Shown here: positions 47,561 to 48,136 of the stretch, piece by piece
How the letters are laid out: every line of letters begins with the position of its first letter
Position numbering within the stretch: position 1 is the stretch's first letter
Assembly (NCBI RefSeq): GCF_001194135.2
Contig: NC_069009.1
Span: 7,194,314 to 7,242,449, forward strand
Length of the DNA stretch: 48,136 nt
Origin: Octopus bimaculoides
Taxonomy: Eukaryota
Direction of reading: 5' to 3'
Notes under the pieces: generated by a model
Told to the model about the DNA's origin: nothing
Seen by the model: the letters and a program-made list of their open reading frames with translations, nothing else
Databases searched by the model: none
Position numbers and translations under genes: made by a program

Positions 47561-47803
47561 AGAGCAGCGAGCTGGCAGGATCATTAGCACGCCAGGCAAA
47601 AGGCAAGGTCTGGAATTTGAGGGGAGGGGGAGATTAGTTGAGTACATCAACTCCAGTGCTCAACTGGTACTTATTTTATCGACCCTGAAAGGATGAAAGG
47701 CAAAGACGACCTCGGCAGAATTTGAACCCAGAGCGTAAAGGTGGACGAAATGCCTCTAAGCATTTCGTCTAGCATGCTAACGATTCTGCCAGCTCGCCTC
47801 CTT
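47560..47803 (-). mobile_element. SINE family C copy (converging with the previous one)
   Basis: ctggtacttattttatcgaccctgaaaggatgaaaggcaaag..gctaacgattctgccagctcgcctcc. Confidence 0.88.
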
Positions 47804-47804
47804 C

Positions 47805-47840
<36 letters not shown>

Positions 47841-47842
<2 letters not shown>

Positions 47843-48136
47843 CAGAAAAAAGATGGTATAAACACACGCCAGAAAAGGTCACAGAAAACGAGAAAGCAAC
47901 CATACTCTGGGATATGCCAATACACACAGATAGAGAAATTAAGGCAAATAGACCAGATATAGTTGTCAAAGATCATGAAGAAAAAAAATGCTTTCTAATT
48001 GATGTATCAATACCAGCAGATGACAACGTTTCTCTAAAAGAAATGGAAAAACTTTCAAAATACAAAGACCTGGAAATAGAGATAACTCGAATGTGGAATC
48101 TAAAAACAGAAACAATTCCTATCATAGTAGGTGCCT
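47841..48136 (+). mobile_element. R4/Dong-clade non-LTR retrotransposon, 5'-truncated, restriction-like endonuclease (RLE) domain, open frame to window end
   Basis: Frame from 47842: TEKRWYKHTPEKVTENEKATILWDMPIHTDREIKANRPDIVVKDHEEKKCFLIDVSIPADDNVSLKEMEKLSKYKDLEIEITRMWNLKTETIPIIVGA (PD..D...K-type RLE signature); starts directly after (taa)n at 47807-47840. Confidence 0.92.

Overview
Repeat-saturated eukaryotic draft-genome window with 23 N-gaps (about 11.6 kb, roughly a quarter of the window). The SINE families and dense (CA)/(TA)/(GATA) microsatellites look cephalopod/octopus-like; this is inference, not a database match. I find no supportable host protein-coding exon, and almost all long ORFs in the track are artefacts of N-runs or microsatellites. 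Real content: (1) one structurally complete tRNA-Asp(GTC) with a non-canonical U73, followed by a retroposon 3' tail; (2) dozens of copies of three tRNA-derived SINE families (my labels A, B, C); (3) three R4/Dong-clade RLE retrotransposon fragments abutting (TAA)n; (4) RTE-clade LINE 3' ends; (5) a deleted DD37D (maT) Tc1/mariner element and mariner-derived MITEs; (6) several hammerhead-ribozyme motifs of the minimal Penelope type, one with a complete core, one with a single A6U core change and others decayed; (7) a ~1.4-kb converging inverted array of a ~150-bp repeat; (8) a templated foldback rearrangement; (9) two assembly artefacts (an Illumina adapter and a gap-flanking exact duplication). 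The hammerhead set and the tRNA+tail chimera are the best leads. Neither is shown to be a new system.
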